A stretch of 60,962 bases of DNA from an uncultured Chitinophagales bacterium (GCA_964572735.1 CAZNHE010000003.1:22407-83368); one strand, 5' to 3'; positions 18,670 to 28,440 are shown, counted from the first letter of the stretch. Notes: generated by a model not told the origin, from the sequence alone. A program made the numbers and translations.

Positions 18670-19493
18670 TTCCTGATCTGAAAGCACGGATGTTCTTTCG
18701 ATTTCCTGTTCTGACAGCAGTTGTTTTGATTATCTCGGCGGGATGTGCGAAAACGCCGATAGAAAAAAGCTATTGGGCCGATCAAAAACCAGCCGGTTCC
18801 ACCTTCTCCGGATATAATTCCGACGATAACCTGCAATGGACCGTAACCAACGACAGCACCCGGCTTTACCTGTTTCTGGCTACCAGCAACAGGAATCTTG
18901 AGAGGACGATTTTTATGCGGGGATTAACCATTTATGTCGATTCTTCGGCCAAAAAGCACAAAGATAAATACCTGAAGTATCCTTATCGGTCGATGAACAA
19001 TTCTCCTTTTGCCATGAATGGGGAGGGGCACGGAAGGTTTCGAAAAGACAGGGATGATTCATCTGCCATGAAAAAGCGACACGCCTTTTCCTCGCCTGAA
19101 ACGGCATATTGGAAAAATGGGAATGATGAAGAGATCCTGAACCCTGCGCTTAAACACACGGGCTTCAGCTATCACATACAAGTTGATTCGCAGGGATTCA
19201 TGGATTACCAGGTGGCTATTCCGCTCGACAAAATCGCCGCCGGGGGTTATCCTTCCATAAAAAAACTCTCGGTTGGAATCGTGTTGAGCGACAGTCCTTT
19301 CCAGCACCGTCGGTCATTTCAGGGGAGAGGTGGTTTCGGCGGAGGTGGCTACGGGGGCCATGGGGGATTTGGCGGCCGCGGTGGCGGCAGAAGACCCCCG
19401 GTCGGCGGAGGTGAGAGGGGCCGTTTTCAACCCGCGAAAGTTGATCAATGGTTTATCACGAACCTCGCCGGTCCGGATAATCGACAGGAATGA
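18666..19493 (+). CDS. Hypothetical lipoprotein with Gly/Arg-rich (RGG-like) C-terminal segment
   Basis: Lipobox ISAG-C; GRGGFGGGGYGGHGGFGGRGGGRR; ATGA overlap with the barrel gene. Confidence 0.65.
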   Translation: MIPDLKARMFFRFPVLTAVVLIISAGCAKTPIEKSYWADQKPAGSTFSGYNSDDNLQWTVTNDSTRLYLFLATSNRNLERTIFMRGLTIYVDSSAKKHKDKYLKYPYRSMNNSPFAMNGEGHGRFRKDRDDSSAMKKRHAFSSPETAYWKNGNDEEILNPALKHTGFSYHIQVDSQGFMDYQVAIPLDKIAAGGYPSIKKLSVGIVLSDSPFQHRRSFQGRGGFGGGGYGGHGGFGGRGGGRRPPVGGGERGRFQPAKVDQWFITNLAGPDNRQE

Positions 19494-19713
19494 CGAATCT
19501 TTCCTGACAGGACAGGAAGAAATAAGGGAAGTACAATCCTGTGTGTGTTAAACGCAGCAGACGGAGAAGGCGGACTGTCCGACCTGTCCTTGAATTCCCA
19601 CTCAAAGGGGAATGAAATGGAGGGATTGATGATGTAATAGTTAAAAAATTCCTCTACTTTTAATGCCTGCCGGACCTGTTTTACAGGCAGAGAATTTAAA
19701 GGATTGATACAGG

Positions 19714-20142
19714 ATGAAAATTGTAATAGATCGCGTCGACGATGCTTTCAGGATGGAGGCAAAGAACGAACGCGGACAAATAGTAACAATGGATGCCTCT
19801 CCGGTCCTGGGTGGAAAGGAAAACGGCTATCGACCCATGGAACTGCTGCTGGTCGCGATCGGAGGATGCAGTTCTATTGATCTCATCGATATCCTCAAAA
19901 AACAGCGGGAACCGGTTGAGGGACTCCGTGTAGAGGTTAATGGAGAACGGGATGAAACCAAAATTCCGTCTCTTTTTACCGTTATTGATCTTCACTTCAT
20001 CCTGAAAGGCGAACTAAATGAAGCAAAGGTAAAGCGCGCGTTGGATCTTTCTCTGGAGAAGTATTGCTCGGTAGCCAAAATACTGGAGAAAACCGCCCGG
20101 ATTACCTGGCGCTATACGATTAATGACAAATATGATGACTAA
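19714..20142 (+). CDS. OsmC/YhfA family protein
   Basis: RPMELLLVAIGGCS and SLEKYCSV (two Cys). Confidence 0.9.
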   Translation: MKIVIDRVDDAFRMEAKNERGQIVTMDASPVLGGKENGYRPMELLLVAIGGCSSIDLIDILKKQREPVEGLRVEVNGERDETKIPSLFTVIDLHFILKGELNEAKVKRALDLSLEKYCSVAKILEKTARITWRYTINDKYDD

Positions 20143-21316
20143 AGACCGCCAGAAAGATTTCGAAACTCAGGCCGTACGAACCCAGGTACCCGGAACCGGC
20201 CAGCGCGAGCATTCGGTGCCTTTATTTATGACTTCAAGTTATACGTTTAACAATGCCGAGCATGCCCGTGCCTTGTTTGCCCATGAACTGGAAGGTAATG
20301 TTTACAGCCGGTATTCCAACCCCAATGTAGACGAGTTTGTCCGGAAAATGTGTCTTCTTGAACAGGCCGATGCCGGGGTGGCGACTTCCTCGGGGATGTC
20401 GGCCGTATTCAGCAGCCTGGCGGCGTTGCTAAACAGCGGCGATCACGTGCTGGCCTCGCGTTCCCTCTTCGGATCGTCCCTGCAAATCCTCAATACAATA
20501 TTGCCGCGCTGGAACGTCAGTGCCGGCCTGGCTGATATTTATCATCCTGAGGAATGGGAAGGGCTGATTCAGGATAACACCCGCATGCTTTTCATAGAGA
20601 CGCCCTCTAACCCGGGGCTGGATCTGATAGACCTGGAATGGGCCGGGAACCTGGCCCGCAGGCACGGTCTGGTGCTGGTGGTCGATAATTGTTTTGCCAC
20701 GCCTTACTTACAGCAACCCATGAATTATGGAGCAGATCTGGTGGTTCACTCTGCCACCAAGTTTATTGACGGACAGGGCCGCGCCATTGGCGGGGTGATT
20801 GTCGGAAGGAAGAAATATATTGATGAAGTAAAGTTTTTCACGCGCCATTCGGGTCCGGCGTTATCTCCGTTTAATGCCTGGCTGTTATCCAAAAGCCTGG
20901 AAACACTGCCGGTCCGGATGGAAAAGCATTGTGAAAATGCGCTGGCCCTGGCCAGGTTTCTTGAAGATCACCCCGGTGTAGAAACGGTGCGATATCCGTT
21001 TCTTGAGAGCCATCCTCAATATGAGCTTGCCCGGCGGCAAATGAAGCTGGGGGGCGGCATCGTCGTGTTCACACCTAAGGGAGGATTTGACCAGGCCAGA
21101 GAATTCCTCGACCGTCTCGATATGATCTCACTGTCGGCAAACCTGGGGGATACGCGGACCATTGCCACGCATCCGGCATCCACCACCCATTCGCGGCTCA
21201 CCGAAGAAGAACGGCAGGCGGTTGGCATCACCCCGGGACTTATCCGCCTCTCGGTAGGCCTCGAATCTCTGGACGATATTATTGGGGATGTAAAACAAGC
21301 ATTGCCGTCGGCTTAA
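20132..21316 (+). CDS. metZ: O-succinyl/acetyl-homoserine sulfhydrylase (Cys/Met PLP family)
   Basis: YSRYSNP, SSGMSA, ETPSNP, VDNCFATP, HSATKF (PLP Lys), ANLGD and HPASTTH motifs. Confidence 0.85.
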   Translation: MMTKDRQKDFETQAVRTQVPGTGQREHSVPLFMTSSYTFNNAEHARALFAHELEGNVYSRYSNPNVDEFVRKMCLLEQADAGVATSSGMSAVFSSLAALLNSGDHVLASRSLFGSSLQILNTILPRWNVSAGLADIYHPEEWEGLIQDNTRMLFIETPSNPGLDLIDLEWAGNLARRHGLVLVVDNCFATPYLQQPMNYGADLVVHSATKFIDGQGRAIGGVIVGRKKYIDEVKFFTRHSGPALSPFNAWLLSKSLETLPVRMEKHCENALALARFLEDHPGVETVRYPFLESHPQYELARRQMKLGGGIVVFTPKGGFDQAREFLDRLDMISLSANLGDTRTIATHPASTTHSRLTEEERQAVGITPGLIRLSVGLESLDDIIGDVKQALPSA

Positions 21317-21346
21317 ACCGGCGGGGATGGCAGGAAATGATGATCA

Positions 21347-22054
21347 TCATTGTGAAAAAATAACCTCTATTTCTTCCTGAGCCCGCTCATAATCCTCCGG
21401 TATCCCGATATCGATGAAATAGCGGTCGGAAATAAATCCGAAAAATGGCTGTCGGCTCGCAAAAGGGACTAAATAGTCGTTTTCAAAAGAAAATTTATCC
21501 GATGGATTCGACCGTAAAAAGGTAGCTTCTTCCATCAAATAGACGCCTCCGTTAATCAATCCCTGTTCGTAAAAATGTTTCTCTTCGAAAGACCGGATTC
21601 TGTTCTCATCATCCAGGGCCACACGGCCGTACCGGTCGAAGTTCCGCATGGGTTTTAACGAGAGGCTGAGTACGGCATTATTCCGGTGGTGGAAATCATT
21701 CAGGGAAGGCAGATCCACGGTAAATAAAGTGTCTCCATTCAGAATGAATGCTTCTTTTTCCCGGGCATACAGCCAGGCGTTTTTTATGGCGCCGCCGGTA
21801 CCCAGAGGTTCTTTTTCAATGGCATAGCTCAATGAAAAGGGGAATCGATTCTTGTCACACCAGTCTGTGATCTGCTCATGTTTATAACCAAGAGCCAGGA
21901 TTACGTGCTCTAATCCATGGGTTTCGAGATACTTGAAAACATAATGCAGAAAAGGCCTTCCTGCTACCGGCGCCAGACATTTTGGTGTGTCGCCTGTAAC
22001 CGTTTTCAAACGTGTCCCCAGCCCTCCGGCCAGCACAATGCATTCTCTGGTCAT
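21347..22054 (-). CDS. hddC: D-glycero-alpha-D-manno-heptose 1-phosphate guanylyltransferase-like nucleotidyltransferase
   Basis: LAGGLGTRL, PLGTGGAI, NGDT and FIDIGIPEDY motifs; adjacent to gmhA and hddA. Confidence 0.8.
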   Translation of the reverse strand: MTRECIVLAGGLGTRLKTVTGDTPKCLAPVAGRPFLHYVFKYLETHGLEHVILALGYKHEQITDWCDKNRFPFSLSYAIEKEPLGTGGAIKNAWLYAREKEAFILNGDTLFTVDLPSLNDFHHRNNAVLSLSLKPMRNFDRYGRVALDDENRIRSFEEKHFYEQGLINGGVYLMEEATFLRSNPSDKFSFENDYLVPFASRQPFFGFISDRYFIDIGIPEDYERAQEEIEVIFSQ

Positions 22055-22629
22055 CCCGGGAACAATTTTTCCTCGACCAGCTGACAGACGATGTGTCCGA
22101 TCATGATCTGTGCTTCCTGGATTCGCGGGGTATCTGTGGAAGGTACCGGAATAAGATAATCGGAGAGAGGTTTCATGCGGCCGCCTCCGGCACCGGTCAG
22201 TCCAACGGTGATCATCTCATTCTCCCGGGCCTGCTCAAACGCTTTACAGATATTCACCGAATTGCCGGAGGTGGAAAGTCCCACCAGGATGTCACCCTGT
22301 TTTCCGATGCCCCTGATCAGGCGGGAATAAATCACATCAAAATCGTAATCGTTTGCCACGGCCGTCATGTACGAGGTATTGCAATGCAGTGCGTGGGAAG
22401 GCAGCGGTGTCCTTTCCTTATAAAACCTGCCGGAAAGTTCTGCGGCCAGGTGCTGGGCGTCTGCTGCGCTGCCGCCGTTTCCACAGAAAAAAACATGATT
22501 GCCGTTCTCAAAGGCCTCACTTATCACGTTGGTCACGTTCATTATTGTAGTGATCAGCTCTTCACTTTCCAGCAATGTCTGTTTGGCATTAATGGAAGCC
22601 TGTATGATGGATTTTATCTGGTGTATCAT
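22051..22629 (-). CDS. gmhA: Phosphoheptose isomerase
   Basis: CGNGGSAADAQH, AND, STSGNS and TPRIQE motifs. Confidence 0.95.
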   Translation of the reverse strand: MIHQIKSIIQASINAKQTLLESEELITTIMNVTNVISEAFENGNHVFFCGNGGSAADAQHLAAELSGRFYKERTPLPSHALHCNTSYMTAVANDYDFDVIYSRLIRGIGKQGDILVGLSTSGNSVNICKAFEQARENEMITVGLTGAGGGRMKPLSDYLIPVPSTDTPRIQEAQIMIGHIVCQLVEEKLFPG

Positions 22630-22737
22630 GAGCGTGAAATATAAGAGCGTTGATTATGGACGGGCATCTGAAAGAGAAAAAAGATGCTGATCCTGCCTTT
22701 TGTTGATACTCTCAATAAGTTGTATTTCGCGGCAACT

Positions 22738-23760
22738 TCATATGGTCCATGTCGATAATCCACGGGTTACAAACTGGTATTGCCTGAACCAGCCGCCGAA
22801 CCTGTGCATGGCCTCCATCACGGCATATCGTGTGTTATTGGGACAGTAGAACGTCATAAATCCGCCGCCGCCGGCTCCCGAAATTTTACCTCCGGTAGCC
22901 CCTGCTTTTTTGGCTGTTTCATACATTTCTTCGATCAGGGGGTTGGAAATACCTTGTGCCATTTGCTTTTTATATTGAAATCCATAATCCAGTATCTCTC
23001 CCATCTCGTCGATTTTTCCTTTTAATAGAGCCTCCTTCATTTTCTGAGCCTGCCCCTTTAAATGGTGCATAGCCTCAATCGACTTTTCATTGTTGGTTGT
23101 CACATTCTGGCGTTGTGTTTCAATAATGGTGGAGGATAACCGGCTGGTATCGGTAAAATAGAGCAGCAGGTTATGCTCTAGTTCGCTCAGATAGTAATCC
23201 TTTATGCGCAGCGGGTTTACGATCACCTTGTCATCCGCGTAGAATTCCATGAAGTTTACCCCGCCGAAAGTAGCGGCATATTGATCCTGCCTGCCCCCCG
23301 CCATTTGCAGGTCCGTTCTTTCTATTTCATAAGCATAATGTGCCAGGTCGTAGTCACCCAGCGGGAGTTTCAGCCATTCGGCAAAAGCACCCAGTACGGC
23401 CACCACATGTGTGGAGGAAGTTCCCAGTCCCGAACCGGCAGGTGCGTCGACGAAGGTAGAAAGCTTAAACCCGCGGGGTTTCTGCAGGTATTTCCGGCTG
23501 ATGCTGTTGTATACGCCCTTTGCGAGATCCATGCAGCCGTTTAGCGGCAGGGTCTTCCGGACATCAAACTCCTGCCGTTCATTCCGGTCCAGTGCTTCGA
23601 GGATGATTTTATTTTCACTCAGAAGCTCGATGCTTGCGTACGCATACAGGGAAATCGTGGCATTCAGGATGGCTCCGCCGTAAATATCGGTATAGGGACT
23701 CACATCGGTGCCCCCGCCCGCCAATCCGATTCTTAAAGGTGCTTTACTTCTATATAGCAT
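22738..23760 (-). CDS. hddA: D-glycero-alpha-D-manno-heptose 7-phosphate kinase (GHMP family)
   Basis: APLRIGLAGGGTD, PAGSGLGTSS, GGRQDQY and GKISGAGGGG motifs. Confidence 0.9.
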   Translation of the reverse strand: MLYRSKAPLRIGLAGGGTDVSPYTDIYGGAILNATISLYAYASIELLSENKIILEALDRNERQEFDVRKTLPLNGCMDLAKGVYNSISRKYLQKPRGFKLSTFVDAPAGSGLGTSSTHVVAVLGAFAEWLKLPLGDYDLAHYAYEIERTDLQMAGGRQDQYAATFGGVNFMEFYADDKVIVNPLRIKDYYLSELEHNLLLYFTDTSRLSSTIIETQRQNVTTNNEKSIEAMHHLKGQAQKMKEALLKGKIDEMGEILDYGFQYKKQMAQGISNPLIEEMYETAKKAGATGGKISGAGGGGFMTFYCPNNTRYAVMEAMHRFGGWFRQYQFVTRGLSTWTI

Positions 23761-23822
23761 AGGTTAGGAATACCAGATCATTCGGTTGGAGGATGATGTA
23801 TTGCCGGGTTATGGTCGAAAAG

Positions 23823-25052
23823 TCAGAAGGATCCCTCTTTAGCGGGCAGGCGGAAGGTAAAGGTAGCTCCGTTGCCGATCTCGCTGTTCACGGCAACCGA
23901 ACCGTTGAACAACCTGCTCAGGTAATAACAGGTAAACAATCCGATCCCTGTTGACGGTTCTCCTTCGGTGCCGGTTTCATTGACTTTATAAAAAGGTTCA
24001 AAAATCGATTTTTGTTTTTCTCTTTCAATGCCCACACCATTATCTCTCACATGGAGGAGCGCCGTCTCATCCTCATACTCCAGGCCAAGCTCAATCTGGC
24101 CGCCGCGTGGAGTATATTTCAATGCATTGCTGATGAGGTTAAACAGGACCCGTTTTATTTTTGAGATGTCTACTACGGCATACAGGGGCGCTTCATAAGG
24201 ACGAAAAAGCAGCTCCTGCTCTTTGGCATGGGCTGCTCCCTGCATCAGGTGATACACTTCCTCGGCGATCCAGTTCAGATCCACTTCCACCAGATCGAGC
24301 TCAATCCGGTTGAGATCAATGAGTACGATGTCGTGGAGCTGATTGACCAGATCCGCCATATTATTCACACCCATCTGTACCATGGTGTGATATTCCTGCA
24401 ACTCGGTATCGGAGGTTTGCTTCAGCCTTTTATCCATCATGTCAAGGTACCCCAAAACGGCGGTCAGCGGGCTGCGCAAATCGTGTGTCGTGATGCTCAG
24501 CACATTATTTTTGAACGCGATAACCTCTTCCAGGCGTTTCTGCTTCTGGCTGATTTTCTCATTTTGTATTTGCAACTTGGCGGTCATATCAGCCATTTCC
24601 AGTTCTTTCCCTACCATCCCGGCGAAGGTATGGATAAGGCTCAAAGCCTTTTCATCGAGTTCCTCCCGAAGGATCTGGATGGCCAGATAACCCACATTGA
24701 AATCACGATGTGCAAAAGGCACGCAATAATGATCCCCCGCGTACACCGGCTTTCCCGAAAAAATCAACTCTTCCTGCCATTCGCTGAGCAGTACCGGCTG
24801 ACGGTTGTCGCCAGAGCTGGCAATGGTGACATCCTCCTCGAGAGAGAGAGCCAGAATAACCCGGTTAGATTTCAGAGAATCGGACAGGGTGGTAACCAGC
24901 TTTTCAAGATTGATCAGCGGAGCAGCATCCCGCAGCTGCACCGACTTCACTGCGAACAATCGTTTTTCGTCGTTCCGTGCCACGGTTTCCTCTTTGCCAA
25001 ACATGGAAGTATGATACGTATTTAGACGGCTTTCCGCGAATGTTTCATTCAT
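23823..25052 (-). CDS. Cytoplasmic sensor histidine kinase (GAF-like + HisKA + HATPase)
   Basis: THDLRSPL, NLISNALKY, DNGVGI and GIGL motifs; no TM segment; ATG at 25052. Confidence 0.88.
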   Translation of the reverse strand: MNETFAESRLNTYHTSMFGKEETVARNDEKRLFAVKSVQLRDAAPLINLEKLVTTLSDSLKSNRVILALSLEEDVTIASSGDNRQPVLLSEWQEELIFSGKPVYAGDHYCVPFAHRDFNVGYLAIQILREELDEKALSLIHTFAGMVGKELEMADMTAKLQIQNEKISQKQKRLEEVIAFKNNVLSITTHDLRSPLTAVLGYLDMMDKRLKQTSDTELQEYHTMVQMGVNNMADLVNQLHDIVLIDLNRIELDLVEVDLNWIAEEVYHLMQGAAHAKEQELLFRPYEAPLYAVVDISKIKRVLFNLISNALKYTPRGGQIELGLEYEDETALLHVRDNGVGIEREKQKSIFEPFYKVNETGTEGEPSTGIGLFTCYYLSRLFNGSVAVNSEIGNGATFTFRLPAKEGSF

Positions 25053-25053
25053 A

Positions 25054-27222
25054 TTAGTTCGTATGAGACCGTAGGAAAAGCAAAAAACGGCGTTTTTGCC
25101 CAATCATCTGCCTCCAGCGCGGCCGTAAATGAGGTTGCTTTTGCAGGTACGTGAGCACCTCATGTGCATCCGTGCCGTCATGGTGAAGGGCAAGGAAATC
25201 GATCAGGTTAAGGTAAGTGATAAAATAATAAGATTGAAAAGGTTGTTGCACGACTTCAGATGCCCATTGCAAAACATGGCGTTGATCCTGCTTCTGCATG
25301 AGAAGGTGCAAGAGGAGCATCTTGTTGGCAGGCGCCAGGTGCCGGAAATCGGCGGAGTCGGCGGAGAAATCTTTTCCTGTGAGAATATTCAGATAATCCT
25401 GCCAGTCCCGGGATGAATGTCTCCTGAACCGGATCCGCTTCAACAGCCGGGGATCCCGCATCTTTCCTACACTCACCGCTAATGCCGAATCCAGGAGGAT
25501 TTGTGCGTGGAGCGTATCGCCCGCAAAACACCGGATATCGGCCATGCGTACAGCGACCAATGGATTTTTAATCCGGCGGGGATGATATTCCCGGAGCGCG
25601 GTATCGGCATTATGCTTGATCAATTCCAGGGTGAGCCACGGGATCCGGAATGCCGGCTTGTCGGGGAATTTTTTCAAAGCGGCATTCAAAGTACGTAATG
25701 CTGCAGCCGTGTCTTTCAGGGCCATCGCATGCCGGTAGGCGTCGTAGTAAGTATAACCGGGAGTGAGTTTGTGCGGGCATGTTTCCTCGAAGATGGAAGG
25801 AACCGAAAAAAGGCGCTGGGATACGGCCGTATCCGCAGAATCTATCGATACCCCGGCAAGGCGATGGTGCCATCCTTTAACGAGGGATGCCACCGGGATG
25901 GGATAGCCGGCAGCAAGGTTAGAGGAACGATAGGCCTTCTTGAAATCAGCTATCGGCCAGTTGTCGAGCAAATAATGCACGAACGACCCCGCCGTAATAT
26001 AGCTCACGTTGCTTCGCCCGGTATAAAATCCCGAAAAAGAAAGAGCCTTTTCCATCTGCTTCGGTCCCGGCCACGGTTTTGAGGCGGCAACGATTTGGTC
26101 GATTGTTGCCGTACCGGATTCATCAGGAGCTAAAGCCACCGCCAGTCCCTCAGTGAGCCCGATGCTCCAGCTCGCATGCAGACCCGGGGCACCGAACGGC
26201 TTGGCAAGGACGTGCACCAGTTCATGGCGCAGCACCTGATCGATGGCTCCTTTGGCGATGTGCACCTGATCCGCCGGATTCCAGACCGGCACGTAACTCG
26301 TATATTTGGCTCCGACCAGCATCTTTTTTTCCCAGACGTCGCCGTAAAAATAGCACTCAATTCTCCGGCTGCCTGTTGGCGGTCGGATATGCAGATCCCG
26401 GCTTATTTCATTTACGTCAAATTGCGCGTAAGCAAGGTATTTCCTGATTTCATAGGAAGTAAAACGGCGAAGATCATAGTAAATGACGACATTCTTGCCT
26501 TCAGCGCGGCCTTTCAACACTTGTTTTAAATACCAGCGGGGGGTGACGATATGGAAGAAGGGCATCAGCGCATAGCTGAGTCCCAGGCTGAACGTGAGCA
26601 CGGCTATGGCGTATTTCGCAAAGCGATTTTCCCAGAATACGGGCATTAGCCACAAGAGCAATCCCCAGCAAAATGTGACGAAACGAAAAAAAAGATCGCG
26701 AAAAGTGAATTGAACCGCTGAATCGTATAAAGGCCCGGGCCACCCGCCCCAGACGTGATTAAAGAAATAGACCTGGGGAAGTGTAAACAGTTCGACCAGA
26801 AATTCGCCGGCGCCAATCAATGCGAGCACGATCATCGTCCACAAAACAGCATGTGTAAATCCATTCTTCCGGAATAAGCGGCCGATGCTGTATCCGAAGA
26901 AGATGCTCATAGAGGGAAAGAACACCCAAAACCCGATTCCATCGGCACTGATGCATCCATACACGATGCTTTTCAGGGCAAGAGGAATGGCGGCGATGTA
27001 GATTTGCGTCCCGATGAACAGGAGATGATGGCCGTCCCCGTCAGGCGGTTGCTTTCTTTTTGCGGCACGGCCTCCTGCATAAAAAGCACCGAACAGCGAA
27101 GCCAGCACAGCCGACTCGACATGCAGGTCGCCGATCAGCGGTATCCAGATGAGGATGAATCCGCCCAGCAGAAAAAGACCGTATTGCCTGACTGCAGTAG
27201 GCAGCTGACGCATGGGGATCAC
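25054..27222 (-). CDS. Polytopic membrane protein with zincin (HExxH) peptidase-like domain and helical C-terminus
   Basis: About 7 hydrophobic N-terminal helices; LRHELVH and TEGLAV motifs; alternative ATG at 27213. Confidence 0.65.
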   Translation of the reverse strand: MIPMRQLPTAVRQYGLFLLGGFILIWIPLIGDLHVESAVLASLFGAFYAGGRAAKRKQPPDGDGHHLLFIGTQIYIAAIPLALKSIVYGCISADGIGFWVFFPSMSIFFGYSIGRLFRKNGFTHAVLWTMIVLALIGAGEFLVELFTLPQVYFFNHVWGGWPGPLYDSAVQFTFRDLFFRFVTFCWGLLLWLMPVFWENRFAKYAIAVLTFSLGLSYALMPFFHIVTPRWYLKQVLKGRAEGKNVVIYYDLRRFTSYEIRKYLAYAQFDVNEISRDLHIRPPTGSRRIECYFYGDVWEKKMLVGAKYTSYVPVWNPADQVHIAKGAIDQVLRHELVHVLAKPFGAPGLHASWSIGLTEGLAVALAPDESGTATIDQIVAASKPWPGPKQMEKALSFSGFYTGRSNVSYITAGSFVHYLLDNWPIADFKKAYRSSNLAAGYPIPVASLVKGWHHRLAGVSIDSADTAVSQRLFSVPSIFEETCPHKLTPGYTYYDAYRHAMALKDTAAALRTLNAALKKFPDKPAFRIPWLTLELIKHNADTALREYHPRRIKNPLVAVRMADIRCFAGDTLHAQILLDSALAVSVGKMRDPRLLKRIRFRRHSSRDWQDYLNILTGKDFSADSADFRHLAPANKMLLLHLLMQKQDQRHVLQWASEVVQQPFQSYYFITYLNLIDFLALHHDGTDAHEVLTYLQKQPHLRPRWRQMIGQKRRFLLFLRSHTN

Positions 27223-27341
27223 GATTGTTACGAGAGGTTTTTCAGCCCTTTCGGGAAAGTACCCGGAAAGGGCTGTTGGAAGAAATCCGGAAAAACCGGT
27301 CTTCTAAAGCCTTTTGTGACGGAATATAGTATAAAAGTGCA

Positions 27342-28193
27342 TTATTTCCGGAACAGGTTGGACAGGACAAACCAGATATTTTCTTTTCGTTCCCGCAGGC
27401 GCCGGGAGAAATAGGGAAACCACCGGGTCCCGAAAGGTACGTAGATCCTCACATGATACCCCTGCCCGGCCAGTTTCTCACAGGTCGGCTGCCGAAGACC
27501 GTATAACATCTGAAACTCATAGCGGTCCGGAGGAAGATGGCGAAGCTCGGCGTGAGCCCTGGTCCAGTTAATCAGTTCATCGTCATGGGTAGCGATTCGG
27601 GGACAGGGAGTCCTTTCCAGAAGAATGGCCGCGTATTCTTTAAATGCTTCGCGGATGGCCGGCATCTTCTGCAGGGCGAGGTGCTTTGGTTCCTTATAAG
27701 CTCCCTTGACCAAACGGACATCAGCCCCCAGACGGGCCAGCTCTTCAACATCTTCACGGGTACGGTACAAACAAGCCTGCAATACGATGCCTGTCCGGCC
27801 TCCGAATTCGCTGAACGCCTCCCGGAACAGACTGATCGTCCGGCTTGTATAATCTGACCCCTCCATGTCAATGCGGACAAACCGGTTATGGGAGCGGGCA
27901 GCCTCCAGCAGCCTGAAAAGATTATCCCGGGCAAAGGCAGGGTCGATGTCAAGCCCCATCATCGTCAGCTTGATGGAAATGCCGGCATTGAGCTTAAGAT
28001 GATGGATGTCGTTCAACAGCGTTATGTAGTCCTGAAGATTTTGGACAGCCGTTTCCCGGTCGGCGACATTTTCTCCAAGCAGATCGAGAGTGACTTTAAT
28101 CCCCCGGTTGTTCAACGCGCGGACTTTTGGAACGACTTCTTCGAAACGTTCACCGGCAACAAAACGACGTGCTAAAGCATAGGGTAATTTCAT
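27342..28193 (-). CDS. Monofunctional proline dehydrogenase
   Basis: RRFVAGE, LLGE, SIKLT, IDME, RLVKGAYKE, ATHD, FQMLYG, YVPFG and YFSRRLRER motifs; ATG at 28193. Confidence 0.93.
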   Translation of the reverse strand: MKLPYALARRFVAGERFEEVVPKVRALNNRGIKVTLDLLGENVADRETAVQNLQDYITLLNDIHHLKLNAGISIKLTMMGLDIDPAFARDNLFRLLEAARSHNRFVRIDMEGSDYTSRTISLFREAFSEFGGRTGIVLQACLYRTREDVEELARLGADVRLVKGAYKEPKHLALQKMPAIREAFKEYAAILLERTPCPRIATHDDELINWTRAHAELRHLPPDRYEFQMLYGLRQPTCEKLAGQGYHVRIYVPFGTRWFPYFSRRLRERKENIWFVLSNLFRK

Positions 28194-28334
28194 TCTGATC
28201 ATTATTGAAGCCGGCGGATCGTTCATTAATAAAGACATCAATGATCCCGGTCTTTCCGGACCGGCACTGCTGATCCGAAACCATCCTCTTTTTTTTACGT
28301 ATGAGACAACACGAAAGCGGTGTAAGCCGTTCTC

Positions 28335-28385
28335 GGAGTTATTCAAAGGGATTTTGCAGAGCGGAAAATCCCTTTGAATAACTCC
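28335..28385. repeat. Perfect 21-bp inverted repeat with 9-bp spacer
   Basis: GGAGTTATTCAAAGGGATTTT-gcagagcgg-AAAATCCCTTTGAATAACTCC. Confidence 0.9.
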
Positions 28386-28440
28386 TTCCCCACGCGCATG
28401 GATATGATTTGTAAAAAAAATACCTGTCCCTGCATATATC

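Noticed and set aside
19494..19713. SAM riboswitch upstream of osmC-metZ
   Set aside because: No SAM-I core (ATCnAGAG...GCAACC...GTGC) found
27243..27276. GC hairpin downstream of proline dehydrogenase as a terminator
   Set aside because: No U-tract on the transcribed strand; function unclear
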